Shown: positions 20,767 through 31,432 of the stretch, in pieces
How the letters are laid out: each line of letters begins with the position of its first letter
Position numbering within the stretch: the stretch's first letter is position 1
Source: Syntrophales bacterium
GTDB taxonomy: Bacteria; Desulfobacterota; Syntrophia; Syntrophales; UBA2185
Assembly: GCA_035685925.1 (NCBI GenBank)
Contig: DASRZZ010000077.1
Coordinates: 12,061-76,060, forward strand
Length of the DNA: 64,000 nt
Direction of reading: 5' to 3'
Made by a program: the position numbers and the translations under genes
Notes under the pieces: generated by a model
Database searches by the model: none
Told to the model about the DNA's origin: nothing
What the model saw: the letters and a program-made list of their open reading frames with translations, nothing else

Positions 20767-22677
20767 ATGAAGCATTTCATTTTAGGCACAGCCGGACATG
20801 TCGATCATGGCAAGACAGCCCTCATCAAGGCCATCACCGGAATCGATACGGACAGGCTAAAGGAGGAGAAGGAGAGGGGTATAAGCATCGAGTTGGGGTT
20901 TGCTTGTCTAACTCTTCCAAACGGTCAGACCTTCGGTATTGTGGATGTTCCGGGGCATGAAAGATTCATAAGAAATATGGTGTCCGGAGCCTCGGGTATC
21001 GATGTGGTGATTATGGTAATCGCGGCAGACGAAGGTGTCATGCCACAGACGAGGGAGCATCTTCACATCTGCTCACTTCTCGGCATCAAAAAAGGTCTTG
21101 TCGCCCTTACCAAAATCGATATGGTAACGGACGAATGGCTCGATCTTGTGGAAGACGATGTCCATGAATTCTTGAAAGGCACTTTCCTGGAGTCATCTCC
21201 TGTTATCCCTGTTTCTTCCATTACAGGTGCAGGACTTGAGGCCTTACTGGAAGCGCTTGTCAAGGTAGCGTCAGAGATAGAAGGAGGATCAGACGCAGGC
21301 ATTTTCCGGTTACCTGTTGATAGGGCGTTTACCATGAAGGGATTCGGGACAGTCGTAACAGGAACTTTGATTTCCGGAGATATAAGGTTGGGCGAGGAGG
21401 TGGAAATACTGCCGGCTGGAATCACTGCCAAGGTGCGTGGCATACAGATTCACAACCAGAGTGCAACCATGGCTCAGGCAGGCCAGCGGACGGCCATAAA
21501 TCTTCAAGGGGTTGAAAAGGATACCATTGTCAGAGGACATGTCTTGGCCAGACCACAGACTCTTAAGCCGTCGAGCCGCCTCGATGTGTACGTGCAGTAT
21601 TTATCAAACAACAATAGGAGGTTGAAGAACAGGAATCTCGTGCGGTTTCATGTGGGGACCAATGAAGTCATAGGCAGGATGATACTACTGGACCGCGAAG
21701 ACATGGAACCTGGAGCTAAGGCTCCTGCACAGGTTGTTCTTGAATCTCCCATCGTCTCAATGGCAAAAGATAGGTTTGTCATCAGGAGCTACTCGCCTGT
21801 TACGACAATCGGAGGAGGGGACATTGTCGATCCTCTCCCCAAAAAACATAAGAGGAATTCTGGAAAGATAAATCGTGAAATTGAGCTTTTGCATAATGGT
21901 CGTGACGCGGAGCAGGTGGCGGTTATTGTTGAACGGTCGGGAATTGAGGGTATCGATATATCGGAGCTTAGAATGAGGACAGGAATGCATCAGAATATCC
22001 TTAAGGACATTCTCAAATCCCTCTCTTCAAAGCAGCAGGTTGTAGTTCTGGATGTTGATGAATCCAGGGTCATATCTTCCTCCGTTTATGAGAATCTCCA
22101 GGGGAAGATTCTCATGGAAATGAGGGCCTATCATGGGAGATATCCGCTGAAGGAAGGTATTTCAAAGGAGGAATTGCGGAGTACGGCAGGGCAGTTCATA
22201 AGGCCAAGGCTCTTTAACATGGCTGTCCGGGACATGGAAAAGAGAGGAGACATAGTCGCGGAGAGAGAGAACATTCGCCTGTCGGGGCACCATGTGGATC
22301 TGAAGGGAGAACTGGAGGACCTGCGAAGCAAGATTGCTCAGGCTTATATTGACGCAGGACTTGCCCCTCCTTCTATCAAAGGGCTTATGGAAAGATATGC
22401 GGGCCAAAAGGGCTTGGCAGAAAGCGTCATCAATGTGATGCTCAAGGAAGGATCCCTGGTAAAGATAAATGAGGAGCTTTACTTTCATAAAGACGTTTTA
22501 GCCATGCTCCGGGAAGATTATAAAAACCTTCTGGTGAGGGATGGGAAGGCTACACCGGCGAGTTTGAAGGAGTTGACCGGCCTATCAAGAAAATTCATCA
22601 TACCGTTAATGGAGTACTTTGATATAACAAAGCTGACTATCAGGGCAGGTGATCATCGCATTTTGAGGGAGAAGTGA
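20767..22677 (+). CDS. selB: Selenocysteine-specific elongation factor SelB
   Basis: [29 protein letters not shown]-terminal winged helix [13 protein letters not shown]. Confidence 0.97.
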   Translation: MKHFILGTAGHVDHGKTALIKAITGIDTDRLKEEKERGISIELGFACLTLPNGQTFGIVDVPGHERFIRNMVSGASGIDVVIMVIAADEGVMPQTREHLHICSLLGIKKGLVALTKIDMVTDEWLDLVEDDVHEFLKGTFLESSPVIPVSSITGAGLEALLEALVKVASEIEGGSDAGIFRLPVDRAFTMKGFGTVVTGTLISGDIRLGEEVEILPAGITAKVRGIQIHNQSATMAQAGQRTAINLQGVEKDTIVRGHVLARPQTLKPSSRLDVYVQYLSNNNRRLKNRNLVRFHVGTNEVIGRMILLDREDMEPGAKAPAQVVLESPIVSMAKDRFVIRSYSPVTTIGGGDIVDPLPKKHKRNSGKINREIELLHNGRDAEQVAVIVERSGIEGIDISELRMRTGMHQNILKDILKSLSSKQQVVVLDVDESRVISSSVYENLQGKILMEMRAYHGRYPLKEGISKEELRSTAGQFIRPRLFNMAVRDMEKRGDIVAERENIRLSGHHVDLKGELEDLRSKIAQAYIDAGLAPPSIKGLMERYAGQKGLAESVINVMLKEGSLVKINEELYFHKDVLAMLREDYKNLLVRDGKATPASLKELTGLSRKFIIPLMEYFDITKLTIRAGDHRILREK

Positions 22678-22707
22678 ACAATAACGACTAACGATGGCAG
22701 GTGATGC

Positions 22708-23661
22708 ATGAATATGAAGAGCAAGAATGTTTATATCAAAGATATAAAACCCGGTGAGAGAGTCAACGAGTTATTTCTTGTGACTGAGAAGAATCTCGCC
22801 TTTTCCCAGAAGGGGGCTCCTTATCTGAATCTTCGTCTCAAGGATAAGACAGGGGAGGTTGACGGAAAGATTTGGGAGAACGCAATAGAGTGGGACAAAC
22901 TCTTCAGTAAGGGGGATGTAATTAAGGCGCAGGGCGGGGCAGTCAGCTTCAGAAGCGCCGTCCAACTTTCCATAACAGGTGTCAGGAAGGTTGATGAATC
23001 TGCAGTCGATATAGCCGAATATTTGCCTGCTGCAAAAGGGGACATCGATGTCATGTTTGCCGATCTCATGACCTTTGTCGAGCAAATAGATACACCTTGC
23101 TTAAGGGAGCTGTTACACTTGTTTTTCGACGATGGCGAGGTGGCAACATTATTCAAAAAGGCTCCCGCTGCGAAAAGTTTTCATCATGTTTACATAGGGG
23201 GCCTTCTTGAACACACCCTCTCAGTCATACGCATTCTCGATCAGATAACTAAGCATTACCAGGGAATTAACAGGGACCTCCTCATAACCGGAGGTATACT
23301 CCATGACATAGGCAAGATTTATGAATACAGGTATGAGACAATGTTTGACTACAGTGATGAGGGCAGGCTGATTGGGCATATCGTCATCGGTCTGGAGATG
23401 CTGGATGCCAGGATTTGCGCCGTGGAAGGCTTTCCCGCACAGCTCGCCATGCAGCTCCGCCATCTAATATTGAGTCATCACGGCGCTCAGGAATTCGGTT
23501 CGCCAAAGCGTCCAAAGACGCCGGAAGCATTGATAGTGCATTTCATTGATGATCTTGACGCCAAAGTTAATGCCTTCCAGGAATTCATCCAGGAATCTGA
23601 TGACGATTCACACTGGACACCTTTCCACAAACTGTTCGAGCGGTTTATATACAAGGGTTGA
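22708..23661 (+). CDS. yhaM: YhaM-family 3'-5' exoribonuclease (OB fold + HD domain)
   Basis: N-terminal OB fold, PAAKSFHH, GGLLEHT, LHDIGK, ILSHHG, DDLDAK. Confidence 0.85.
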   Translation: MNMKSKNVYIKDIKPGERVNELFLVTEKNLAFSQKGAPYLNLRLKDKTGEVDGKIWENAIEWDKLFSKGDVIKAQGGAVSFRSAVQLSITGVRKVDESAVDIAEYLPAAKGDIDVMFADLMTFVEQIDTPCLRELLHLFFDDGEVATLFKKAPAAKSFHHVYIGGLLEHTLSVIRILDQITKHYQGINRDLLITGGILHDIGKIYEYRYETMFDYSDEGRLIGHIVIGLEMLDARICAVEGFPAQLAMQLRHLILSHHGAQEFGSPKRPKTPEALIVHFIDDLDAKVNAFQEFIQESDDDSHWTPFHKLFERFIYKG

Positions 23662-23667
23662 TTATAT

Positions 23668-24663
23668 CTATGAAAGAGTGTGTCTAGTCCTGTTAAACTG
23701 GCGGCTCTTCTGTGTCACAGCCTTCCGTTCATTTTCAGGTAGCAGGCATCCGGATAGACAATCATCATCACATCTGCCGTCGCAGGGTTCGATGTGAACC
23801 GTGACGCTGGTATGGGGGAAGTGAGCTTCTATGCTTCTGGATAATTCATCGGTGATGCGGTGAGAATCCTTGACAGACATGGCAGGATCAACTTTAATAT
23901 GGCAGTCAACGAAACGGTAGTCTCCCGCCTTGCGGGTGCGTAATCGATGAAAGCCATGAATGACAGGCCGGTGTGCCATTATCAACTGGCGGATCCAAGC
24001 CTCCTCTTCTGCGGGAAGTTTAACATCCATAAGATCCTGCGCCGACTGTACGGTCAGTCTGTAAGCAGCGCTCATGATCAATAGCGCGACCGCGATCGCT
24101 GCAACTGGGTCCAGCCAATAAAGATTGGTGGCAGGGGAAGCAAGGTGGCCCGTCCAGATCATGGCAAGACTTGTCATCACACCCGCTGACGTGTACACAT
24201 CGGTGCGCAAATGCCAGCCGTCGGCCTCGAGAGCAATGGACCCAGTCTCTCTTGCGACCTTGAAAAGCTTTTTCGATACTGCTATATTAACCAGAGCCGA
24301 AATTAACATTACCCCAACGCCCCAACTGACGTATTCAATAGGCTGCGGATTCAGAAGTTTCTTGATCGCCTCGTAGATGATCCAGACGGCCGCCAGAAGA
24401 ATCAGCAGTGCCTCAATAGTTCCGGATATGTTTTCAAATTTTCCATGGCCGAATGGATGCTTGGCATCGGCAGGCATGCTGGATTTGCCAACGGAGAACA
24501 TCGTGATGAGGGAAGCCAGAAGATCTACCCCGGAATGGATCGCTTCAGACATGATAGACACCGATCCAATCACGAGTCCGACAGCGATCTTCATGGCCAC
24601 AAGCGCCGTATTTGACAACACGGAAAGCCGTGCAATACTTACCTTGCGATCCTGCAAACCCAT
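23668..24663 (-). CDS. Cation diffusion facilitator transporter
   Basis: SEAIHSGVD, HPFGHGKFE, DGWHLRTD, C-terminal VHIEP. Confidence 0.92.
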   Translation of the reverse strand: MGLQDRKVSIARLSVLSNTALVAMKIAVGLVIGSVSIMSEAIHSGVDLLASLITMFSVGKSSMPADAKHPFGHGKFENISGTIEALLILLAAVWIIYEAIKKLLNPQPIEYVSWGVGVMLISALVNIAVSKKLFKVARETGSIALEADGWHLRTDVYTSAGVMTSLAMIWTGHLASPATNLYWLDPVAAIAVALLIMSAAYRLTVQSAQDLMDVKLPAEEEAWIRQLIMAHRPVIHGFHRLRTRKAGDYRFVDCHIKVDPAMSVKDSHRITDELSRSIEAHFPHTSVTVHIEPCDGRCDDDCLSGCLLPENERKAVTQKSRQFNRTRHTLS

Positions 24664-24711
24664 ATGAGAAATGCGTTCATGATAATAGTGGAGGCGTTTG
24701 TATTATTCGTT

Positions 24712-25860
24712 TCAATAACGAAATACAGCCGCGATTGGTTTGTCATCTGGCATCTTCTCCCGAGGAAGCGAGTAAACAGTGCCGCCATTCAACAGGGTCT
24801 GTATCGCAGAAAAATCTAATAGGTCCTCACTGCCGGTTTCGATCTTTTCGTGCAATTGCACATCCTTGGAATCCATGTCGAAAATGCCCCATTGACGGTG
24901 CCCCATGGCGATAAACAGTAAACCAACGCGCCCGTCGCAGGCGGCATGGATAATTTCCTTAATGTCGCTGGAAGTCAATCCCGTACCGGAAGATTGTCGA
25001 TATTGGGCGATTGCGTCATTTTCAGCTTTTTGAAAATAAGGCCCTACGATCTCAAGTGCCAACCTGTGCAATTGTTCCGTACTTATTCCTTTGGGATTTC
25101 CAGGAATCCCATCTTCCATGAGATGAGGGTATGTGTTTACTTCCCTGTAGATCGGGAATAGATATTCGACGCCAGCGAGCACAAGAGGCACACGCTCACC
25201 TTTCAACAGGTCATGTAATCCCTTGTCGATCTGGCGGAAGTATTTTGAAATGTTTTCCTTCGCATCATCCAGTTCAGCTCCCCCACCTGACATCATGGAT
25301 CCGCGCTCTCCTCCCCGTGGCGTCCCCCTATGGAAGCGGATTTGCCTTTCCAACTCGTCATACTGAAGGGCCTCTGCCAGATTTTTTGGTATCGTTTCAA
25401 TCTGGATTTCTCCGATGTTCTGTTTTGTTCCCTCATAGAGTCTGCTCCCTTTTTGACTAAGCGTCAAAATGTAGTAGCGCCCATCGCCGGTGAGCGCCGG
25501 CAGGAGAGGTTTGACGCGGAAACGGTCAGCGACAACGATTAATTCATCAAAATTTATCGGCAGGCAATAGTGACGAAATGTATCTGTGGATATGAAGATG
25601 GCGAGACCGCAGTTCTGTTGTCGCCAGAAAGGCACATTGCCTGAAAGCACCTGTGCAGGTTCGAGTAGTGCCTTCGCCTCCGTGGCTCGGCAGCCGGCAG
25701 CTGTCAATTTTTCCTCGGCTTCACGAAGCAAATTTCTGAATCTGATTTGATTTTGCTGGATCTCAGCGCCAGCACGATAGGCGGGCATGAACATTGAGAT
25801 GCACGGACCTTTCTGTTTTCTCATCAAGATTTTCAGTTCATCCTTCGATAACGATTTCAT
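24712..25860 (-). CDS. Bacterial archaeo-eukaryotic release factor-like (baeRF) protein
   Basis: PCISMFMP...NQIRFRNLL, YFRQIDKGL, PLVLAG, C-terminal L7Ae-like TLLNGGTVY...AAVFRY. Confidence 0.75.
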   Translation of the reverse strand: MKSLSKDELKILMRKQKGPCISMFMPAYRAGAEIQQNQIRFRNLLREAEEKLTAAGCRATEAKALLEPAQVLSGNVPFWRQQNCGLAIFISTDTFRHYCLPINFDELIVVADRFRVKPLLPALTGDGRYYILTLSQKGSRLYEGTKQNIGEIQIETIPKNLAEALQYDELERQIRFHRGTPRGGERGSMMSGGGAELDDAKENISKYFRQIDKGLHDLLKGERVPLVLAGVEYLFPIYREVNTYPHLMEDGIPGNPKGISTEQLHRLALEIVGPYFQKAENDAIAQYRQSSGTGLTSSDIKEIIHAACDGRVGLLFIAMGHRQWGIFDMDSKDVQLHEKIETGSEDLLDFSAIQTLLNGGTVYSLPREKMPDDKPIAAVFRY

Positions 25861-26643
25861 AGATTGATCTCCTTTAAGAAATATTTCCTGTCATGCTGGA
25901 TCAAAGGAATCTCGGAAGACAGACAACATGAATTTTCCCATTAACCTACCGCTCCTCGGCGCCTACGCGCCGTTCAAGGTCTTGAACAAAGAAACCAAGG
26001 CCAGTACCCAGGTAGATGTATCGGGCTGACAGAGGCGCATCTTTTGATTATTTCCCTTTTGATTTTTTCTTGCTCATAGAAATGGCATTACTGGCCGGTT
26101 TAGTGAATTCGTCCGTATGCTTCGGATAATCATATTGAACAGCGTCTGCATATGCAGTTATATTCTTTTTTTCACCTTCTGCGGCCTCTTGCGAGCGCTT
26201 TGGACAATACCATTCGCCTTGCGATCTCCTCCTTTTCATCGGCTTCTATACATCCCATATTGCTTCCGAATGGCCCGTGCTATATATAGCCGCAATCAAT
26301 ATTATTATTACCTATTTCTGACTAATATGCAATGCCAATAAAATCGTCCTTCCATGATGCCCGAGGGGCCGTTGATCGTCCCGTCAGATATAATCTCTGA
26401 CGACGTATTTTTGAGGCAGCCGCACATAATTAAATTCCGGATCATTGCCCTTTCAAACTGAACCGTAATTCGGTTTCAGCGGCCGGGGCACTCTCCGACA
26501 ATCCATGTTCTGATGCATTGCCTCAAGATATAATGCAAGAATAAGAAATATTTTTCAGGGACTGATTCTCAAGAATGTATCTCCGGATGAGAGCTGTCGG
26601 GAATCCAATTTGTAATAATCAATTTTTGATGCTATAAAATCGA

Positions 26644-27786
26644 ATGAAAAGCTACTTATCAATTGAAGCATTGTTATACATGGAAATTAAAAACCGCACC
26701 ATCTCCACAAGCCCCTGGCGAGGAGTCTCACCGAAGGACTGGCATAACTGGGAGTGGCAATACAGAAATCGTGTACGTACTATCCGTCAGTTGGCTGTAG
26801 TCCTGAAGAAGACACCGGCGGCACTCAAGAAATATGGAGCCGTGGCCAAGGTTTACCCATTTGGCATCACTCCGTATTATCTTTCTCTGATGGATATGGC
26901 GGATGAAAATGACCCTCTTCGTCGCCAGAGTTTGCCCGATGAAAGGGAAACCGATTTTTCACTGGGTGGTGTGGCAGATCCTCTCGAAGAAGAACGGGAC
27001 ATGCCTGTTTCAGGTCTCGTGCATCGTTATAGCGACCGCTGCGTGGCAATCGTCACAAATACGTGTGCAACATATTGTCGACATTGCAACCGGAAGCGAA
27101 GATGGAGGAAAGGAGGAATCGCGGACAATACGGGGTACCTGGAGCGCATGGTTGACTATGTAGCTAAGACAAAACAAATTAGAGAGGTCATTGTTTCGGG
27201 GGGTGACCCCCTTACTATGAAAGACGGCATCCTGGATTGGTTTCTTGGATCATTACGTTCCATTTCCCATGTGGATGTACTGCGCATAGGGAGCCGTATG
27301 CCCGTAGTTATGCCCATGAAGATCACGCATGAACTGTGTAAAATGTTGCGCAAGCACCGCCCAATCTGGTTCAATACCCAATTCAATCATCCGAATGAAA
27401 TAACGCCGGAGGCTGCGCATGCCTGCGAAATGATACTTGAGGCGGGAATCCCCGTATCAAATCAAACTGTCCTGCTTCGGGGCATCAACGACAACTACGA
27501 AATCTTGCGAGAACTCTTCTACGGCCTTCAAAGGATATCTGTCAGGCCTTATTATCTGTTTCAATGTGATCCAGTAAAAGGTGCGGATCATTTTCGCACT
27601 GACGTGCGGAGAGGTATAAAGATCATGAAGAGAATGTGGGGGAATATATCGGGACTTTGTGTGCCGCAATATATATTTGATTTACCGGGTGGCAAAGGGA
27701 AATGTCCTCTTTATCCTGGCTCTCCTTTTCGCGCCATAGCCACAGGACAGAAAGATATTTTTGACAGTGAAGGAAAAGTGAATTAG
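26644..27786 (+). CDS. epmB: KamA-family lysine 2,3-aminomutase (EpmB)
   Basis: CATYCRHC, SGGDPL, QFNHPNE, PYYLFQCD; directly upstream of efp and epmA. Confidence 0.88.
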   Translation: MKSYLSIEALLYMEIKNRTISTSPWRGVSPKDWHNWEWQYRNRVRTIRQLAVVLKKTPAALKKYGAVAKVYPFGITPYYLSLMDMADENDPLRRQSLPDERETDFSLGGVADPLEEERDMPVSGLVHRYSDRCVAIVTNTCATYCRHCNRKRRWRKGGIADNTGYLERMVDYVAKTKQIREVIVSGGDPLTMKDGILDWFLGSLRSISHVDVLRIGSRMPVVMPMKITHELCKMLRKHRPIWFNTQFNHPNEITPEAAHACEMILEAGIPVSNQTVLLRGINDNYEILRELFYGLQRISVRPYYLFQCDPVKGADHFRTDVRRGIKIMKRMWGNISGLCVPQYIFDLPGGKGKCPLYPGSPFRAIATGQKDIFDSEGKVN

Positions 27787-27825
27787 TAAGTGCCTTATTT
27801 CGGATGAAAGGAGAAGGACTGCTAC

Positions 27826-28389
27826 ATGTATAGTGCGAGCGATTTGAAAAAAGGTCTACGGATCAAGATTGACGATGAACCTTATATCGTCACGGAGTTC
27901 AACTTCGTAAAACCTGGAAAAGGCCAGGCTCTTTATAGGTGCAGATTACGCAACATGATCACGGGTGCGCAGTTTGAGCGGACCTTCCGTTCCGTAGATG
28001 CATTCGAATCAGCGGATCTTCAGCAGAAAAAAATGCAGTACCTGTATCAAGAACATGAAAAATACTGCTTCATGGATAACGAAAGTTACGAGCAGGTTTT
28101 CCTCACCGGCGACCAAGTTGGAGAGGCGAAAAAATTCCTTATTGATAACCTGGAGGTAGAGATCCTCTTTTTTGAAGACAAGCCTCTCGAAGTGAGCCTG
28201 CAGAATTTCGTTGATCTCGTCGTCATACACGCTGACCCATGGGCCAAGGGTGATTCGGTATCAGGCAAGACCAAGCCGGTGACCCTGCAAACGGGTTATC
28301 AGATTCAGGTCCCCCCTTTCATCGAAGAAGGTGAGAAGATCAGAGTTGATACACGGAGTGGCGAATATCTAACCAGGGTCAAGGATTGA
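27826..28389 (+). CDS. efp: Elongation factor P
   Basis: KPGKG loop (Lys34 type), VPPFIEEGEKIRVDTRSGEY. Confidence 0.98.
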   Translation: MYSASDLKKGLRIKIDDEPYIVTEFNFVKPGKGQALYRCRLRNMITGAQFERTFRSVDAFESADLQQKKMQYLYQEHEKYCFMDNESYEQVFLTGDQVGEAKKFLIDNLEVEILFFEDKPLEVSLQNFVDLVVIHADPWAKGDSVSGKTKPVTLQTGYQIQVPPFIEEGEKIRVDTRSGEYLTRVKD

Positions 28390-29342
28390 TGTCTATGGGA
28401 GACGATGGGAGATTAGCAAAGAAACGGGAAGCTTTATGCAAGCGCGCCAGGATGATCCACGCGATCCGAGATTTTCTTGCAGGTAGAAGCTATTTGGAGG
28501 TGGAAACCCCTCACTTGATTCCAGCCGTTATTCCTGAAGCCCATATTGATGCCGTCTCCTGTGGAAGCAGGTTTTTACACACATCTCCTGAGCTTCATAT
28601 GAAGCGACTTCTTGCAACGGGTTATCCGAAGATATTTCAAATCTGCAAGTGTTTCCGTGATGGTGAACTAGGTCAATGTCATCTCCCCGAGTTTACGATG
28701 CTGGAATGGTACTGCCAAGGCATGGACTATCGCGAGCTAATGAAAGAATGTGAGGAACTGATTGTTTCTGTCGCCCGTAATCTCGGTTGCGGCGACGTTA
28801 TTGATTATCAGGGCAATGCAATAGGTTTAGAAAGACCATGGGAGAGTATATCTGTAAGAGAGGCTTTTGCATGCTACGCGCCAATGTCGATGGATAAATC
28901 TTTGAAGGAAAATCGCTTCGATGAAATTATGGTATCCCATATCGAACCTCGCTTGGGTCTCGGGCGGCCCGCCTTCATCTATGATTATCCTATGTCAGGA
29001 TCGGCCCTGGCGAAGGAAAAGAAGGAGGACTTCGCATTGGCTGAACGTTTTGAGTTGTATATAGGAGGGAAAGAAATCGCCAATGCATGTTCTGAGCTTA
29101 CAGATCCCGAGGAAAATCGGCGACGAGTTCTGAGCATGAACAGATATCGTTATTCTACAGGTAAATCGATTTACCCTGTGCCGCACCGGTTTCTTGATGA
29201 CATGGCTTCCATGCCACAGGCAGCGGGGATTGCCCTGGGCGTGGACAGGTTGGCAATGATTTTTTGCGATTCGTCTACCATCGATGAAGTTGTATCTTTT
29301 GCACCGGAATTTTATAATGATTCTACTGGCGGGCTTTTGTGA
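28386..29342 (+). CDS. epmA: EF-P beta-lysine ligase EpmA
   Basis: LHTSPELHMKRLL, HLPEFTMLEWY, ERFELYIGG; LysRS catalytic domain only. Confidence 0.95.
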   Translation: MMSMGDDGRLAKKREALCKRARMIHAIRDFLAGRSYLEVETPHLIPAVIPEAHIDAVSCGSRFLHTSPELHMKRLLATGYPKIFQICKCFRDGELGQCHLPEFTMLEWYCQGMDYRELMKECEELIVSVARNLGCGDVIDYQGNAIGLERPWESISVREAFACYAPMSMDKSLKENRFDEIMVSHIEPRLGLGRPAFIYDYPMSGSALAKEKKEDFALAERFELYIGGKEIANACSELTDPEENRRRVLSMNRYRYSTGKSIYPVPHRFLDDMASMPQAAGIALGVDRLAMIFCDSSTIDEVVSFAPEFYNDSTGGLL

Positions 29343-29482
29343 ATTTTTATAAATTTATTCTGTTTTTGAATACCCGCTATTCTAAATCTGTTGACAAGGC
29401 CTTTTTTTTCCATTACACGTTATGGCCCGTAGCAAGTCGCAGACTCAAGTACTGCTCAAATAAGTAATTCAGGAGTAAAAAA

Positions 29483-30235
29483 GTGAAAGAGATATCTTCT
29501 GCCGCAGCCGTTGGTTTTGGAGGACATTTTCACGGCAGTGTTCTCAACATGATTCTTGATGCAGGACTGTTGGTTCAATTTATCCTGCTGTTGCTCCTTT
29601 TATTTTCTGTCGTGTCCTGGGCCATCATTTTGGTGAAATACAGGACCATTAAGAAGGTAAAAAAGGAAAACATCATGTTCATGGACGCCTATATGAACAG
29701 TAATAAGCTCTCCGATATTTTTCCCCAGGCGAAAAAATACAAATATTCAACAATGGCTGCGGTATTTCAGGCGGGCTACACGGAACTGGTGAAGATCACG
29801 AAGGTTATAAGAGGGTCCTCATCTCCCAGGGAGTCCGACGAATCGACTCTGCCTCAACTGGAGCTGAAGGGCATAGACAACGTTGAAAGGTCCCTGAACA
29901 AAGCATGCAGTTCTGAAGCAACGAGGCTCGAAAGCACACTGGGCTTCCTCGCCACAACAGGGAGTGCATCACCTTTTATTGGGTTGTTCGGGACGGTTTG
30001 GGGCATTATGGATACATTCAGAGGTATAGGCACAAGAGGCTCAGCAACCCTTGCTGTGGTGGCGCCAGGTATTTCAGAGGCACTTATTGCTACTGCAGCC
30101 GGCCTTGCTGCAGCCATACCTGCCGTCATTTTCTATAACTATTATCTCAATGTAGTAAAAAACATATCCGTGGAAATGGACAACTTCGCTTCTGAAATAC
30201 TAAATATCGTCGAAAGAAATTATGTGAGAAAATAA
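29483..30235 (+). CDS. tolQ: TolQ
   Basis: SPFIGLFGTVWGIM, VAPGISEALIATAAGL. Confidence 0.96.
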   Translation: MKEISSAAAVGFGGHFHGSVLNMILDAGLLVQFILLLLLLFSVVSWAIILVKYRTIKKVKKENIMFMDAYMNSNKLSDIFPQAKKYKYSTMAAVFQAGYTELVKITKVIRGSSSPRESDESTLPQLELKGIDNVERSLNKACSSEATRLESTLGFLATTGSASPFIGLFGTVWGIMDTFRGIGTRGSATLAVVAPGISEALIATAAGLAAAIPAVIFYNYYLNVVKNISVEMDNFASEILNIVERNYVRK

Positions 30236-30243
30236 AGTTTCTT

Positions 30244-30666
30244 ATGAAATCCGGGAGAAAAAGAAATAGCGGCGGGAAGCTTCTGGCGGAAATAAACGTG
30301 ACACCGCTGGTTGACGTCGTGCTTGTCTTGCTGATAATTTTCATGGTTACGGCCCCCATGCTGCAGATGGGCATAGACGTTAATCTGCCGCAGGTTAAGT
30401 CGAAGAGCATAGATGTGACAGAGGAAAAACTTGTGCTGACAATTAACAGTGCCAAAGAAATATTTATAAACAGGAATAAGGTCCCCGTTACCGGTCTGAG
30501 TGTGAAGCTGCAAAGCATCTTTGCCAACAGGATCGATAGGGAAGTCTTTCTGAGGGCTGACAAGAACGTTCCTTATGGGTTTGTAGTGGAAGTGATGTCC
30601 GAGGTCAGAAAAGCTGGTATCGATAGACTGGGGATGATCACGGAGGCGCCCGCGGAATCAAGGTGA
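30244..30666 (+). CDS. tolR: TolR
   Basis: EINVTPLVDVVLVLLIIFMVTAP, LRADKNVPYG. Confidence 0.96.
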   Translation: MKSGRKRNSGGKLLAEINVTPLVDVVLVLLIIFMVTAPMLQMGIDVNLPQVKSKSIDVTEEKLVLTINSAKEIFINRNKVPVTGLSVKLQSIFANRIDREVFLRADKNVPYGFVVEVMSEVRKAGIDRLGMITEAPAESR

Positions 30667-30687
30667 CGTCCCGCAGGATGATGCAGA

Positions 30688-31392
30688 ATGCAAAAGGAAC
30701 GAGGTGACAATGATTTAAGCTTCAACAGTATGATTTTTATATCTCTATTAATTCATACTGTAGTGCTGTCTGTCATTTTCTTTGTACCATCCCTTCCCTC
30801 TCCAAGATGGACTTTCGGCCCCGTTTATTCCGTTAATCTCGTCAGTTCATCTGAAGTGCTCCAGGACAAGAAGGAGCGAACGGCAATTTCGAAGGAGGTC
30901 GGTCGGACTATTCCCAGTGAGTACTCTACTGTCCTAAAAAAGCGGCCCGATACAGTCCCGGCTGTTCCCATCAAGAGGTTGGACTCCCAGAGAAAGCAGG
31001 TTAGCGGTGTTGACAGGGCGATTGAAGATATTAGAAAAAAAGTGAATACTGGAATAAATCAACCGAACCTTGCCGGCCAGACAAATAGTACGGAATCCAA
31101 TGCAAAGATGAACGCCTATTACAGCCTGATCTGGTCCAGGATAAGGGGAAAATGGACGCTCCCTCAGGGAATATTACCAAGGGAGAACATCGAGGCCATT
31201 ATACAGGCGAAGATATTAAAGAACGGTGCCGTAGTAAATTTGAGTTTTGAGAAACGCTCGGGCAATCCATATTTCGATGAGTCGGCTATGAAGGCCATCA
31301 AAAAGGCAAGCCCCTTTCCACCCCTGCCTGATTCTATAAGGGATAACAATATCGCCATCGGCATAAGGTTTCATTCAATGGAGTTCAGATAG
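30688..31392 (+). CDS. tolA: TolA/TonB C-terminal domain protein
   Basis: TM with SxxxH, C-terminal SGNPYFDESAMKAIKKASPFPPLP, located between tolR and tolB. Confidence 0.85.
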   Translation: MQKERGDNDLSFNSMIFISLLIHTVVLSVIFFVPSLPSPRWTFGPVYSVNLVSSSEVLQDKKERTAISKEVGRTIPSEYSTVLKKRPDTVPAVPIKRLDSQRKQVSGVDRAIEDIRKKVNTGINQPNLAGQTNSTESNAKMNAYYSLIWSRIRGKWTLPQGILPRENIEAIIQAKILKNGAVVNLSFEKRSGNPYFDESAMKAIKKASPFPPLPDSIRDNNIAIGIRFHSMEFR

Positions 31393-31432
31393 AATAGGTT
31401 AATCCTTTGATGAAGGGTCTACGGTCTTTGTC

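Noticed and set aside
26048-26239. 63-aa ORF upstream of the baeRF gene
   Set aside because: No clear RBS-start pairing and no recognisable motif.
26644-29342. epmB-efp-epmA as a novel system
   Set aside because: This is the established EF-P beta-lysylation pathway; lack of epmC is common.
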